The notes: a model not told the origin generated them from the sequence alone. Counted from the stretch's first letter, positions 26,169 through 37,043 are shown. The stretch: 43,764 nt of DNA from an uncultured Veillonella sp. (GCA_937930265.1 CALGLI010000230.1:1-43764), one strand, 5' to 3'. Numbers and translations: made by a program.

Positions 26169-26697
26169 ATTTTGTATTAAGCCCTATCACGCCCCATAGA
26201 AGTACAGATAGTTCTTCTATTCCCCTTGCAATATATCTATGGATAGTACGTACATCCGGCTTTTCATGGAATGATTCAGCAATCTCTTCTAATGTTTCAC
26301 CATCAATATAATAACGTCGCACACATTCACAGTACTTAAACTGTTTCTCACTGCACTTCTCAGCATAGATGTCTAGCATATTATTCACATGGCGCATCAT
26401 AAGCGCTGTTTTTTCTTTACTTTTAACAATCGCATTTACCCTAACAATACTATTATCGTCAAACATATCTGCCAATAGTTCGTTGAGCCATATGTCCTCG
26501 GCTTGTGTCGAATCCGAGATAGCATTGTCTACGTATGACTGTAACTGACTATAATGCTTAAGCAGCTTGATCGTGTTGTGTCGAAGTTTACGACCTAACT
26601 GTGCATTTTCTTGCTTGGCTAATTCATAGTAGGTTTTTGTGGCCACCTCAGTGGCCAACCTAGTGATTTTTTCAATTTCGTATTCATTCAAATACAT
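26161..26697 (-). CDS. Late transcriptional activator (RinA/ArpU-like, sigma-4 type HTH)
   Basis: NTIKLLKHY, RRYYIDGETLEEIAE...RTIHRY...LSVLLWG; last early gene before packaging. Confidence 0.8.
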   Translation of the reverse strand: MYLNEYEIEKITRLATEVATKTYYELAKQENAQLGRKLRHNTIKLLKHYSQLQSYVDNAISDSTQAEDIWLNELLADMFDDNSIVRVNAIVKSKEKTALMMRHVNNMLDIYAEKCSEKQFKYCECVRRYYIDGETLEEIAESFHEKPDVRTIHRYIARGIEELSVLLWGVIGLNTKLS

Positions 26698-26770
26698 CTC
26701 CCCCTTTTTTATTTGTAGTATAGTCCGAATTGTGTTTATACCAACTTCAAAAGAAGTATCTAACCAAAAA

Positions 26771-27103
26771 TTAAATTATGTTCATGGCTTTCCATTCATC
26801 TAACATGAACATCGCCTTACCATGCTTTTGAGCATATTCGTACTCACCATTGCACCCCCGGCTATTTTCCCAACCAGGACACAATATTAACACGTCGCAA
26901 TGATTCAGTAGGCCTAAACATATGTTTAAGCCCTTCTGGTAATCATCACCAGTTAAATACATAAATCCGTAATTGTGAATCGGCGATACATAATCATGAT
27001 TTGTATCACTTAAAACCAACTCACTCATAATCGTATCTATCTTTTCTTTGTTGCTCTTCTCACCCCCATAAGGGTGAGCCACATATACTAATCTTTTTCT
27101 CAT
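26771..27103 (-). CDS. DUF4406-like / nucleoside 2-deoxyribosyltransferase-fold protein
   Basis: VYVAHPY, CLGLLNHCD, GWENSRGCNGEYEYA. Confidence 0.75.
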   Translation of the reverse strand: MRKRLVYVAHPYGGEKSNKEKIDTIMSELVLSDTNHDYVSPIHNYGFMYLTGDDYQKGLNICLGLLNHCDVLILCPGWENSRGCNGEYEYAQKHGKAMFMLDEWKAMNII

Positions 27104-27205
27104 TCGCTCTCCGTTCGTTTAAAAATAGCTCGTAATGGTTTTTATTGCATAATATTTTTAAACGCCGTCTAGGCGCCAACATTTTAATCCTAGAGGCATT
27201 TATTA

Positions 27206-27604
27206 CTACAGGAATATACTCATATGCTCTGAAATATGTAGAATTACATAATTTTCTGTATCGGTTATGATTTCATCGGCCATTGTTCCTATGAATTTCC
27301 TGTTATCGTTTTCTAGTACACCAGCTAATTGCAGTCCATCTAAAATAAACTTCTTGGCAAAAGCCACATTATCCGGATCATGTCTAGTTGATGAATGCCA
27401 TTCAAACAATAAGTCTACTTTGCCCTTAACCGATTCTATCTGTTGTAATAGACATTGTTCTTTGACCTGCTCGGTGCATTTCTTTTTCATAGCAGCGGCA
27501 GCTATAGTCGAACCACGCTCACAGTCAATATACTCATTTAACGTAGGGAACCTATCATGATTTTTCTTCCTAAATCTAAACTGGCATCGCAATAGAATTT
27601 TCAT
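27206..27604 (-). CDS. rusA: RusA-like Holliday junction resolvase
   Basis: DPDNVAFAKKFILDGL...GVLENDN. Confidence 0.85.
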   Translation of the reverse strand: MKILLRCQFRFRKKNHDRFPTLNEYIDCERGSTIAAAAMKKKCTEQVKEQCLLQQIESVKGKVDLLFEWHSSTRHDPDNVAFAKKFILDGLQLAGVLENDNRKFIGTMADEIITDTENYVILHISEHMSIFL

Positions 27605-28335
27605 CGATGTGACGCTCCATTAAATATAGCCACCGCATATTCTCCACGCAGGCGGTCATATACTCTTTGGCTATAATTCTTTTCGGTCCAAGCATCGCTG
27701 TAATTCGTCGTAAGAATGATGGGTTTCATCCGGTTGTAGCGATCAATAATGATGCTTTCAACCTTAGATGGTACCCAATCAGATTTTGAGTACTCCGCTC
27801 CAAAGTCATCAAGTAATAGCAATGGGATATTTCTAAGTTTTTGCTCAAATCTTAGATAAGCTACATTGTCGCCTTTAGATAAAGTAAGCATGGTATCTAA
27901 CAAATTAGGCATAGAAATCATTAGGCACCCTTTGCCTAATGTCATAGCCTGTTTCAAGATACTCACTGCAATTGATGTCTTACCGGTACCAGCTGGGCCT
28001 CTTAATATGAGGCCCTTACCAGAATCAAGATTAGCTGTCAGATTATCAGAATACTTTTTAACCACGTCATAAGCTTCAGCGTTCTCTTTTGGAAAGCTAC
28101 CGTGTTTGCGTAACCAGTCGAAATCCATATCATAATAGCGCTTAGGGATTCCAACTGCAGCATAGGTGGTGTTAACGTTAGTTTGAATGACTACTGGTTC
28201 ATCGTAGACCGGATAAAAAAACTCATTTTTTACCGTGGACTCTTTGATATTCCTTTTCCCAGTCGACGTCTTCGTCCTTTCTCGAATTTTTTCGAGACAC
28301 GCCTCTAGCATTGCTGTTACATTTTCTTGTTCCAA
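27601..28335 (-). CDS. DnaC/IstB-like helicase loader ATPase
   Basis: GPAGTGKT, LLLLDDFGAE, RYNRMKPIILTTN, RVYDRL. Confidence 0.93.
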   Translation of the reverse strand: MEQENVTAMLEACLEKIRERTKTSTGKRNIKESTVKNEFFYPVYDEPVVIQTNVNTTYAAVGIPKRYYDMDFDWLRKHGSFPKENAEAYDVVKKYSDNLTANLDSGKGLILRGPAGTGKTSIAVSILKQAMTLGKGCLMISMPNLLDTMLTLSKGDNVAYLRFEQKLRNIPLLLLDDFGAEYSKSDWVPSKVESIIIDRYNRMKPIILTTNYSDAWTEKNYSQRVYDRLRGEYAVAIFNGASHR

Positions 28336-29170
28336 AATCCTTTTGCACCTCCTGCTTTAAATTCCCTGCCGTGACAGTTTCAACATACTTGATACTATTA
28401 CCGCCATTATCAGCTGTGGTATTAATAGCAACAATAACTCGTTCCTTCCCATAAGACTCTACCAAATCATCCAGTCGGTCTTTAATGACAGGTGATACAT
28501 CTCCGATTGCCTTCATGTACAAATCGTAAATGGGCTTATTTTTTACTTCATCATCGTCAAACATAGATAGAGGATTTTCATCTTCGCGCGCGCGCGTATC
28601 TCTCTCTATATTCTTTTCTTTTCTTTTCTTTTCTTTTATTAGTTGATTTTGTTGAACATGTGTTAAATTTTGTTGAACATGTGTTAAATTTTGTTTTTTT
28701 GCCTTGCGAGACTCTGCACTTTTAAGGCCCGCCAACCTACGTTTTTCGCGGATAGTTTCCTCTTTCACTTTTTTAAATTCAAATCTTCGAATTAAGCTAG
28801 GTGACCAAAAATATTCGTCATCACAGTCCAATAATTCGTAGTCATGAATCAACAAATAAATTAACAAAAATGAACAAAATGAACACATTGGGTTTTGTTC
28901 CAACACGTGTTGATTTTTGTTGAACACTTGTTGAACACTTGTTAAAATTTGTTCGTTATTCATTCTTAATTCATTATCCAAAGCGACGAATGTATATTTT
29001 TTTAGTGGCAATTTATAGTCATCTGCTGCGGCTAATTTTTCAATCAATATCCACCACCAAGCATATGAAATCATTCCTAATTCTGAAATCATAGCAGCAA
29101 TTTTAGGATCATTGCTCGCATTGATGTCATGACTAAAATAGTAGGATTGGTTTTTCGCCATTTCTATCAC
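28223..29170 (-). CDS. Replication initiator (DUF4373-like N-terminus, DnaD-like C-terminus)
   Basis: YFSHDINASNDPKI; C-terminal SIKYVETV; internal iterons; possible start ATG 29161. Confidence 0.85.
   Translation of the reverse strand: MIEMAKNQSYYFSHDINASNDPKIAAMISELGMISYAWWWILIEKLAAADDYKLPLKKYTFVALDNELRMNNEQILTSVQQVFNKNQHVLEQNPMCSFCSFLLIYLLIHDYELLDCDDEYFWSPSLIRRFEFKKVKEETIREKRRLAGLKSAESRKAKKQNLTHVQQNLTHVQQNQLIKEKKRKEKNIERDTRAREDENPLSMFDDDEVKNKPIYDLYMKAIGDVSPVIKDRLDDLVESYGKERVIVAINTTADNGGNSIKYVETVTAGNLKQEVQKDFGTRKCNSNARGVSRKNSRKDEDVDWEKEYQRVHGKK
28647..28955. repeat. Iterons / putative replication origin
   Basis: Tandem 21-mer TTTTGTTGAACATGTGTTAAA x2 (28647-28688) and further TGTTGAACA copies near 28918-28940, next to a long pyrimidine tract. 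Confidence 0.75.
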
Positions 29171-29607
29171 TCTTCACTGTCATTAAATAAACTATCCTGG
29201 GCTCGCCGGCCCATAATAAACTTTATGCACTCATCGATCAAGTCTTGAACGGAAATAGCGAATGTAGAGTCTGCATACTCAACATTTAACCAGTCTGTTT
29301 TGAACTTGAATTCGTTAGGAGTGTTCATATCAGATACGATGCCTTCAACACCAACCTGGTTAATAAGACCTTCAATGTCGCCATACTTAAATTTGAATGT
29401 ATTTACAAAAAATGGGATTTTAAATTCTTCCAAGAATTCAAAGTTCTTCTTCACAATAGACTGCAGTTTGCTGAATGCTTGCAGAAGCTCAGGACGCGGA
29501 TCATCTTTAGATTTTAGCGTGAATACATCTGTTAACCCCGTAGCAGATGGTTTCTGATAAGCAATACTGATGTCGTTATCTTTAATTTGAATTGATTTAA
29601 TAATCAT
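29167..29607 (-). CDS. Hypothetical phage protein
   Basis: Coupled ORF in the early operon; C-terminal QDSLF. Confidence 0.7.
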   Translation of the reverse strand: MIIKSIQIKDNDISIAYQKPSATGLTDVFTLKSKDDPRPELLQAFSKLQSIVKKNFEFLEEFKIPFFVNTFKFKYGDIEGLINQVGVEGIVSDMNTPNEFKFKTDWLNVEYADSTFAISVQDLIDECIKFIMGRRAQDSLFNDSEE

Positions 29608-30326
29608 AAGGGGCCCCTTTCTTGCTCTACGACTACATATTTACCGGTAGCGGCTTCAACAGCTTGTTTAAACATAGCTGCATCGGAGTTTTCATCGGAT
29701 AAATGAAGCAGTCGAATGTCCTGGCACTTAGTAAGATCCATAGACTTTAGAAATTTAATAGCATTCTCTAACGAAAAATGGGATTGAATTAATCGTTCCA
29801 TACGTTTCTCATGTAGGCATCCATCGTCAACGCGTTGGTTTAGGATTTCATACGAATGATTACATTCAACCATAATGTGATTCACATCTTTAAACGTGTA
29901 CCGACAATAATATGTATCCGTAATATATAGTAGTTTCTCATCACCGTCAGAAATTAAGAATCCAACATTCGGAACATCATGTTCTAGTCCGAATGGCAAT
30001 ATAGTAAAATTACCTACCTTAAATTGAATCTTAGGCGTTATATAGACCACTTTATGATGTCCGGCAACATAGATAGCCTCAGCCGTATCTTTTAGCATAT
30101 ACACACGATGTCCGAGTTTTAATAAATCAGGCACGGCCTTGCAATGGTCGCCATGTTGATGAGTCACTAATACACCGCATAGATGCACAAAATTAAATCG
30201 ACAATATCGCTGTATGTCTTTAAATGCTAACCCTGCATCTAGTAATAATTCATCCCCATTAGTTGAGGTTTTGATTCGGTAGCAGTTCCCTTTTGAGCTA
30301 CTACCGAATGCTTGAATACTAATCAC
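29604..30326 (-). CDS. MBL-fold metallo-hydrolase (probable exonuclease partner of RecT)
   Basis: GSSSKGNCY, THQHGDH, HDV, TDT, LLHLS. Confidence 0.92.
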   Translation of the reverse strand: MISIQAFGSSSKGNCYRIKTSTNGDELLLDAGLAFKDIQRYCRFNFVHLCGVLVTHQHGDHCKAVPDLLKLGHRVYMLKDTAEAIYVAGHHKVVYITPKIQFKVGNFTILPFGLEHDVPNVGFLISDGDEKLLYITDTYYCRYTFKDVNHIMVECNHSYEILNQRVDDGCLHEKRMERLIQSHFSLENAIKFLKSMDLTKCQDIRLLHLSDENSDAAMFKQAVEAATGKYVVVEQERGPL

Positions 30327-30328
30327 AA

Positions 30329-31207
30329 TTAATCACCAAACATATTGACGACTTCGCCTGTTTCAGGATCTACGAATTCATTTGTAGGAGTAGGTTCAAT
30401 ATCAATCGTTTCTGAATTTGCGTTATTAGCAATAGTTTCAGCCACATCAGATTGAACGTCGATGGTTTCGCCTTCAAAATCAGGTGTGAGTTCTCCATCA
30501 TTATCACGGATTACGGCGCCATCTGAGGTGAGAGCATTCGTCATATTCTGCATTTCAACAGACAAAATACCATATTTGCTTATCAACTGTTTAAGTACAG
30601 TTTTAATAGCCATTGCATCGAAGTCAGTTTTCCAAAGTCCAAAACCTTTTTTATAAGTTTGAGAATACTTTTTAGCATGTGCTTCCATTTCTTCTTTAGT
30701 CATGTATAGGTATTGTTCATACCCATTCTCTAATCGGAAATAGGCCATATATCCAACTACATCATTCCCAGTAGGCTCCCCTAATTCGAATTCACCTGTT
30801 AATCGATTCCGTTTCTTTATTTCGCCCTCATAGATTTTAATAGCATTAATCTTTTTGTATTTGCCAGCTCTAATGGCTAGCTGAATATACCCTTTGTATC
30901 CCATTTGAAATTGGGCTTCATAAATTTTCTTTTTGCCATTATAAAATGGAACAATATACGCGAAGCCTAAATTTTGATTAATAGGAAGGTCTAGTGTAGC
31001 TGCCATAATACCAGCAGTAACTACAGTCGTAGGGTCTGCCTTAGTTAAGAGTTCATTATTATTAGAAACAGAAATCAAACTAGATACAAATGCTGCTGAC
31101 TTCTTCCCTAATATTTCATTGAATCGTTTTTTTATAGACTCGCTCGATACTAAAGTCTTCAATGATTGAGTTTGTAATTGTGTTTGTGCTTTCGCAATTT
31201 CTCCCAT
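30329..31207 (-). CDS. recT: RecT-family single-strand annealing protein
   Basis: LGFAYIVPF, AQFQMGYKGYIQLAIR, FDAMAIKTV. Confidence 0.95.
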   Translation of the reverse strand: MGEIAKAQTQLQTQSLKTLVSSESIKKRFNEILGKKSAAFVSSLISVSNNNELLTKADPTTVVTAGIMAATLDLPINQNLGFAYIVPFYNGKKKIYEAQFQMGYKGYIQLAIRAGKYKKINAIKIYEGEIKKRNRLTGEFELGEPTGNDVVGYMAYFRLENGYEQYLYMTKEEMEAHAKKYSQTYKKGFGLWKTDFDAMAIKTVLKQLISKYGILSVEMQNMTNALTSDGAVIRDNDGELTPDFEGETIDVQSDVAETIANNANSETIDIEPTPTNEFVDPETGEVVNMFGD

Positions 31208-31217
31208 TGTGTGCCTC

Positions 31218-31985
31218 CTATGCTACGTCTTCACATACAGCGTGGATGTTTAATTTAGTTAAGATACTATGAATTTCTAAACGGCCTTTTTGCGTCCACT
31301 TAGTCGTGATTTTAGAATCTAAACGTCCATCACTTCTGCAGAATGTAAAGGTTTCTGATTTGGTAAAGCCTTTCGCCATATGCTGTTTGTAGAGAATCCA
31401 TTGATCACCGACCTTACGTTGTAGACCAGCTTCATGCAAAATTTTATTTAACTCTTGAGCACTAAGGCCATAGTCAGCGGCAATCTGAGTGATAGTCAAG
31501 CAGGATTTACTAGATAAGATTTTATCTACGTAATCCTTAACCGGTTTAAATTCTGCAATCTGCTGTTCTTGTTGTGCTACAATTGCTTTCGTTGCATTAT
31601 GTGATTCTACCTCATCGGCATAGGCTCTAAGAGCTTCAGGCAAAGTCTGCGGAATCACCATAGAATAAGAACCGGTTTTTCTAATAGCAGGGATTACATC
31701 ATGCGTAATCCAACGTTTGAATTCTTTGGCTTCAGGTTTTCGACTTGAAAGCACCAAGCTATATAGCCCATATTCATTTACAGTCAATAAATTCTGATTG
31801 CCTCCAGGGGTAGGAATTGAATTCGTACCCTTTTCATCTTCATCTAAACGCCCTACAGCTTTAGATGTATCATTAATGCCTAAACATTCGCATACATCTT
31901 TTGCTACAAACCATACTTCATTGTCTAACTCCTGGACTCTAACTTGCCCAAAAGAAATATTATTGAAAACTTGCAATTCGTCCAT
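31218..31985 (-). CDS. Antirepressor (BRO-N + KilAC)
   Basis: WFVAKDVCECL, SRKPEAKEFKRWITHDVIPAIRKTG, TKWTQKGR. Confidence 0.93.
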   Translation of the reverse strand: MDELQVFNNISFGQVRVQELDNEVWFVAKDVCECLGINDTSKAVGRLDEDEKGTNSIPTPGGNQNLLTVNEYGLYSLVLSSRKPEAKEFKRWITHDVIPAIRKTGSYSMVIPQTLPEALRAYADEVESHNATKAIVAQQEQQIAEFKPVKDYVDKILSSKSCLTITQIAADYGLSAQELNKILHEAGLQRKVGDQWILYKQHMAKGFTKSETFTFCRSDGRLDSKITTKWTQKGRLEIHSILTKLNIHAVCEDVA

Positions 31986-31987
31986 AT

Positions 31988-33919
31988 TTACACCTCCTTA
32001 ACCACTAATTGTGGTTCTGATTCATCAACGATAAGCTTAATGGTTTGACTATTAACAGGAACGAATTCAGTCACGGCTTCCGCATTGTCAATAAACACCG
32101 GAGCATTCACTTTGAAATAGCTAGTTAATGCATTGATGATATCAAGACCTACATTTATACGTGCTGCGTTATTCATACTGCGATACGGAACCCCTTTATA
32201 GGTGGTTTCGCAACATTCCTCAACATTGCCATTCAACATAACATTAAACATCTTGAATCTTGCTAGTTTGAATCTCGAGTTAATAACATCTTCTAGCATA
32301 TTGACCTTAGCTTTGATGAACTCATCCATTAGATATGAGGCCTCATCCAACTTTGATTTTTCCGCTGCTAATTCAGCCTGCTGTGTTTCTAGTTCCGCTA
32401 TACGAGTATCAATCCGTTTAGCCTCTTCGTATTTATTCAATTCAGTTTCAAGGTTAAAGCGGTGTTCTTTCGTTGTAGCAATACGTTTGTCTATGTCTGC
32501 AATTTCTTCAGAGTGATCAGTGTTAGATTCATCGAGTTTCATCTGCAACATAAACTCTTCTGCTTTTAAATCAGCATATATAGAATCATCATCAAGCACC
32601 GGCGCTGTTAGCGTTCCAATCTCATCAGTTATTGTTTGTTTGACGAGTTCTTTCGCCTTAATAAGGGCCTCTAATGTTTCAATAGGCTCTAAGCTGGCAT
32701 CTCTCTTTTTAATATTCTCAATATCTTGTTGCTTCAGTTCAATAGACTGATTGATTTCTTCTAATCGCTTAGATTTTCTAAGGTTAAAATTCGTTTCAGC
32801 TTTTTCACGTGCAGCTTGAATTTGCTCTGCAGGAAGTTTTTGTCCACAGGTTGGACAATTCTCATCGATATCCATTACAAATGCATCCGCATTAACCTGC
32901 TGACGTTGATGCATTAGCTCGTTAATAATGCTCTCGATATGTTGAATATCCCTATTGGATGTATCAAGACGATGCTTTGTGTTCTCAACCTTAGAAGATA
33001 GATTGTTAAGTTCAGATACAACCATATCGTATTCATTCGACTTTAATGCAGATTGTTTTTTATATTCCATCTGCAGTTCACTTTCACGAGCCATCAATCG
33101 ACGTTGTACATCTCTAAGCTCCGCTCTAGTATCAACAACCGCATGTCCATTCACTAATAATGCTTTGTCTGCCTCTAGAGTTTCTAGCGTTGTAGTTGCT
33201 AAGCTAATCTCCTGAATAAGAACGTCTCGAGGCGTATCAATGGTAGGTTTCCCGCGCAAGGCCTCATCAATTCGAACTGGAATCATATCCAGCTCTTTAT
33301 TGATGGCGGTTTTCTTAGCAGCTACTACCTTTCGATGATCGTCTACACTATGGCCTGATAAGATATCAGTCAATGCTTTTAGCTCACTATATTCTGCAAT
33401 AACATCCTCATCTGATATATCTCCGCACATCTCAAGTAATAGCTTTCTGCGGTTCTGCCAGGAATATGTTTCGTTGAAATACAACGGATTAGTAATTAAT
33501 TTGAAAATATTTTCATCAATTAATGAATTTACAATCTCCTTATATTCCTTTTCTTTTTTAGGAACCCCATCGACAAAGTAGTCTGTCGTATGACCTGTCA
33601 TAGTGACTTCGCCACCACGAGGGGATGAGTACTTCTCACGGTACACGCGCTTTAATTCAACAGTGCCCCCTTCATCCAATGTAAAAGTGCCTGTGACTTC
33701 GTGATTGACTTTAGGGATAGGTTCGCCAGCCTCAAGTGTTTTAATTTCAAAATCGGCTCTGTCTAAGCTATCCTTACCGAATAACAGCCAGCATACAGAG
33801 TCAAATATAGTCGTCTTGCCCGTAGCATTATCTCCGCGGATAATAACATCACCGTTGAAATTTATAGTAAAAGCTTTCAAACCTTTAAAATTTAGTAATT
33901 CTAATTTTGTGAGTTTCAT
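31988..33919 (-). CDS. SMC/Rad50-like AAA ATPase
   Basis: GDNATGKTT, coiled coils, CPTCGQ hook, PVFIDNAE. Confidence 0.9.
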   Translation of the reverse strand: MKLTKLELLNFKGLKAFTINFNGDVIIRGDNATGKTTIFDSVCWLLFGKDSLDRADFEIKTLEAGEPIPKVNHEVTGTFTLDEGGTVELKRVYREKYSSPRGGEVTMTGHTTDYFVDGVPKKEKEYKEIVNSLIDENIFKLITNPLYFNETYSWQNRRKLLLEMCGDISDEDVIAEYSELKALTDILSGHSVDDHRKVVAAKKTAINKELDMIPVRIDEALRGKPTIDTPRDVLIQEISLATTTLETLEADKALLVNGHAVVDTRAELRDVQRRLMARESELQMEYKKQSALKSNEYDMVVSELNNLSSKVENTKHRLDTSNRDIQHIESIINELMHQRQQVNADAFVMDIDENCPTCGQKLPAEQIQAAREKAETNFNLRKSKRLEEINQSIELKQQDIENIKKRDASLEPIETLEALIKAKELVKQTITDEIGTLTAPVLDDDSIYADLKAEEFMLQMKLDESNTDHSEEIADIDKRIATTKEHRFNLETELNKYEEAKRIDTRIAELETQQAELAAEKSKLDEASYLMDEFIKAKVNMLEDVINSRFKLARFKMFNVMLNGNVEECCETTYKGVPYRSMNNAARINVGLDIINALTSYFKVNAPVFIDNAEAVTEFVPVNSQTIKLIVDESEPQLVVKEV

Positions 33920-33928
33920 AGTGATCTC

Positions 33929-35587
33929 CTATACAACATTAGCATCCACATCAATGGTATGAGGTTCAATCTTCAAACGATTGGCCCATTTCATCACTGT
34001 AGAGTGAATTTTATTGTCTTTTTTTAGTTGTGCATTCGCGAACAACTTCGCTTGCACTAGATGATTAAATTTAGGTTGCCCCTTTTTAACCTTATTCCCA
34101 GTAGCAAGTTCTAAGCATGCAATAGGGTTCATGTCATCATCCGTAACAACTACAATAGCTGCCTGACCTTGAATGACACGGTCACGATATGAACCTACAC
34201 AGTTCTTCAATCGCTTTCCATATGTCATTAAATCAGCTGCAGTCTTTGGCACCATAAAGTGCATCCCATTCATATCAGCTTGTAATTGAGGTTGAGCAGG
34301 CAATATTACATCCCCATATTCCTGCTTGTTGAATATGTTGATTACTTCGTCATGGAAGTTCTTCAACTTGAATCGTTTCTTCCATAATGCCTCTTGATAT
34401 TTTGGTTCGAGTTTTTCATGCATATCCACACAATCTTCTATAACACGAATATCCTCACCTAATAGCCAACGTAATATGGTAGGTTCACCACATCGTTTAA
34501 TTAGTTGTTGCCACATAAGTGTTGCATGTGGACTTTTTAATCTCATCGCCTTACGTATATCATTAGCATTATGAGCTTTACCAACATATGGATCTGTGTC
34601 ATCAGCTCTAGTACGCTTTAATGTAAGAATAGTGCGCCTGCAATTTTCATCACTAAATAGATTTAATACATCTGACATGTATACGCTTAACGGATCATCA
34701 ACCATACGTTTTCGCAAGGCTCTACTGTTAGGAGACTTATATGATTGTCTAAGCGCTGCTTGAAAGTTCATACCTTTTCTTGTAGCCACTAACACATCGT
34801 CTTCAAATGGGATATTTGTATATCGATATAAGCAGTAAGCATTAGTCCAATACACATATTGTTTCATTAAGCTAACAATGCTAGGCATATCAGGTGCCGA
34901 TAGCTTCAAAATCATATTAAGCAGCATCGTAAAATGATAGCCGTTTTCTTCAGTGGCGCCAGAAGCTACATATACATTCTTTGTCCCATATCCGTAAGTT
35001 TCCTTCAATCGTTTTTCAAACATAATCCGTAACGCTTTGAATGTTTTGTTTAAATTCTTCCGGTTGAAATCAGTCATGATGTATGAATCGCCAAAGAATT
35101 TCAGCACCGGCATAATCTCATTCTCACGAATATAATCAACAGTCAATTCATGACGGATTCTAAATCGATCAATGAATATAGCCTTACGTTTCTTAAAGTC
35201 GAATCGCAACGTTTCCGTACACATTCCGTGGTCGTTTTTTATGCCATCAAAGAAAAGCTGAATAGCTTGATATCTAATCTTCAAATCTAAGAAATATTTA
35301 TAGTTGATAACCTCTACATAAGCTGATACAGGGTATATACTCTCATCATTTATAGAAAAGTAAATTTTATGATCATAAGGATTAGAAGATGCTCGACAAT
35401 TGGGGCAGGTGTAGTATTTTGAACCGGTAACATATCCATTTTGATATGAATATTTACGCTGCCAGCTACCACCAAACGTAAATCCACAGTCGATATGGTG
35501 TATAGTCGTATATTCCGCGCCGTAAGGAGCCTCTAAGATTACGCTATCGAACATTTTGTGAATATAGGTACTGGATATAATCTCCAC
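33929..35587 (-). CDS. PcfJ domain protein
   Basis: C-terminal PKTAADLMTYGKRLKNCVGSY; N-terminal Zn-finger CPNC. Confidence 0.85.
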   Translation of the reverse strand: MEIISSTYIHKMFDSVILEAPYGAEYTTIHHIDCGFTFGGSWQRKYSYQNGYVTGSKYYTCPNCRASSNPYDHKIYFSINDESIYPVSAYVEVINYKYFLDLKIRYQAIQLFFDGIKNDHGMCTETLRFDFKKRKAIFIDRFRIRHELTVDYIRENEIMPVLKFFGDSYIMTDFNRKNLNKTFKALRIMFEKRLKETYGYGTKNVYVASGATEENGYHFTMLLNMILKLSAPDMPSIVSLMKQYVYWTNAYCLYRYTNIPFEDDVLVATRKGMNFQAALRQSYKSPNSRALRKRMVDDPLSVYMSDVLNLFSDENCRRTILTLKRTRADDTDPYVGKAHNANDIRKAMRLKSPHATLMWQQLIKRCGEPTILRWLLGEDIRVIEDCVDMHEKLEPKYQEALWKKRFKLKNFHDEVINIFNKQEYGDVILPAQPQLQADMNGMHFMVPKTAADLMTYGKRLKNCVGSYRDRVIQGQAAIVVVTDDDMNPIACLELATGNKVKKGQPKFNHLVQAKLFANAQLKKDNKIHSTVMKWANRLKIEPHTIDVDANVV

Positions 35588-35601
35588 AGTGAATTCCCCC
35601 T

Positions 35602-35958
35602 TTAATCACCAAACATAGCGAATAGGTCTTCTGCTTCCTTCTCTTCAGCAGGTGCAGGCTCTACTTTTAACACTGGTGTTGGTTCTTCTTTAGACTTAGA
35701 CTTTTTAGTTGTAGCCTTTGTTTTTTTGTTTTTAGTTTCAGCTTCCTCTGCCTTATGCTCTTCCTTTTGCTTCTTAGTAGGCTCTACGATTTCACAAGCC
35801 ATTACAATAGCATTGGATGCTTTCATGACACCTTCGGTATACGCTATACCAGCTTCGTACTCTTCGGCATTAATAGGGTCAAGTTCAATTGCTTTATGTA
35901 ATGTATCTAGTGCCTTTTTACAGATATCAGCTTGAGCCTTAAATTGTTGTTTAGGCAT
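35602..35958 (-). CDS. Hypothetical protein
   Basis: ORF with SD; Lys/Glu-rich C-terminus. Confidence 0.7.
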   Translation of the reverse strand: MPKQQFKAQADICKKALDTLHKAIELDPINAEEYEAGIAYTEGVMKASNAIVMACEIVEPTKKQKEEHKAEEAETKNKKTKATTKKSKSKEEPTPVLKVEPAPAEEKEAEDLFAMFGD

Positions 35959-35959
35959 A

Positions 35960-36607
35960 TTATTCCTCCCCTGCCATTGCGGACTTCAAATCAGTAATAA
36001 TATCATCAGTCAATACATCACTGGATACTTTCCCATTTACACCATGTTTACGGAAAATAGTCATAGCTTGTTTAGCTCGAGCAGTATCAGTCCCCATCCA
36101 TTCACGGAATTCTTTATAGAATGCTTTTTTATCAATCGGTTCAGCAGTTACATCTAATGCTGCATCTTGATTCGGTTCTTCAACAGTAGCCTGTTCTTTA
36201 ATTGGCGTTTCAGTAGGAGCAGGTTCTACTACAGATTCGCTTACAGGTTCAGCCTTTTTTTCCTTTTTAGTTTTTGTTGGCTTGCCTTCAAAATCTGTCA
36301 CAGGAACATCGCCTGCAGGCGCTGATACTTCATTTTCTAAGATTTCTACCTTACAACCTTCAGCTTCAAGTTGATTTATACCTTCTGCAATCTTTTTACT
36401 ACTCTTTTCAATTGCTTTCTTGAAGGTATCCTCGAGTTTATTTTCTGCTAGTTCAAGACTAGTGCCTGACGTTACTTTAATAATTGGCTTTTCCGACATA
36501 CATTTGCCTTGGCATTGATGATTTAATCGCTCATTCCAATCTGCTACTTGCACTGCTAGATCGTCCAATGTATTGAATTTAATAGTTAAGATGTTTTGAT
36601 TTTCCAT
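35960..36607 (-). CDS. Hypothetical protein
   Basis: ORF with SD AGGAG; low-complexity linker. Confidence 0.7.
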   Translation of the reverse strand: MENQNILTIKFNTLDDLAVQVADWNERLNHQCQGKCMSEKPIIKVTSGTSLELAENKLEDTFKKAIEKSSKKIAEGINQLEAEGCKVEILENEVSAPAGDVPVTDFEGKPTKTKKEKKAEPVSESVVEPAPTETPIKEQATVEEPNQDAALDVTAEPIDKKAFYKEFREWMGTDTARAKQAMTIFRKHGVNGKVSSDVLTDDIITDLKSAMAGEE

Positions 36608-36619
36608 GATATGTTCTCC

Positions 36620-36991
36620 TTAAAATTTAAATACTAGTTCAGTTGATCCATTTTCACTATTTACAGTTCCTACAATATTTTCATTAATACCTAAACTTCT
36701 TAGCTCATCTAAGACAATCCGAGCTCTTGAGATAATTACTTTTGAATGATTAAGATCGTATTCTTTAAGATAAATAACGCCATTCACATTCTTTTCAGTA
36801 ACAGGTAAAACATGAATTTTACGATTTTCTTTATCTATGCCAACTTTAAGTCCCAAAGGCTTTCCTAGAGCTTTGTATGCATCAACACTTAGACCGCATG
36901 CGGAACCCCACATATTAAATCGTATTTTCGGAGGAAAACGTCCTGACCTATTAAAGAAATCAAAGTCTATATTTTTATTAGTTGTTGGCAT
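36620..36991 (-). CDS. Hypothetical protein
   Basis: ORF with SD AAGGAGGT. Confidence 0.7.
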   Translation of the reverse strand: MPTTNKNIDFDFFNRSGRFPPKIRFNMWGSACGLSVDAYKALGKPLGLKVGIDKENRKIHVLPVTEKNVNGVIYLKEYDLNHSKVIISRARIVLDELRSLGINENIVGTVNSENGSTELVFKF

Positions 36992-37043
36992 AGTAACCTC
37001 CTTATGTGTTACAATTTAACTAGTTTAATTTAATTTGTGCTCG

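Noticed and set aside
28647..28955. Short repeats as a CRISPR array
   Set aside because: They are tandem, spacer-less and inside the initiator ORF, which fits iterons.
30329..35617. Identical 16-mer TTAATCACCAAACATA at the ends of recT (30329) and the 35602 gene, both ending MFGD*
   Set aside because: Largely explained by GGTGA SD-like sequence overlapping stop codons (also at 2749); no evidence it is a recombination site.
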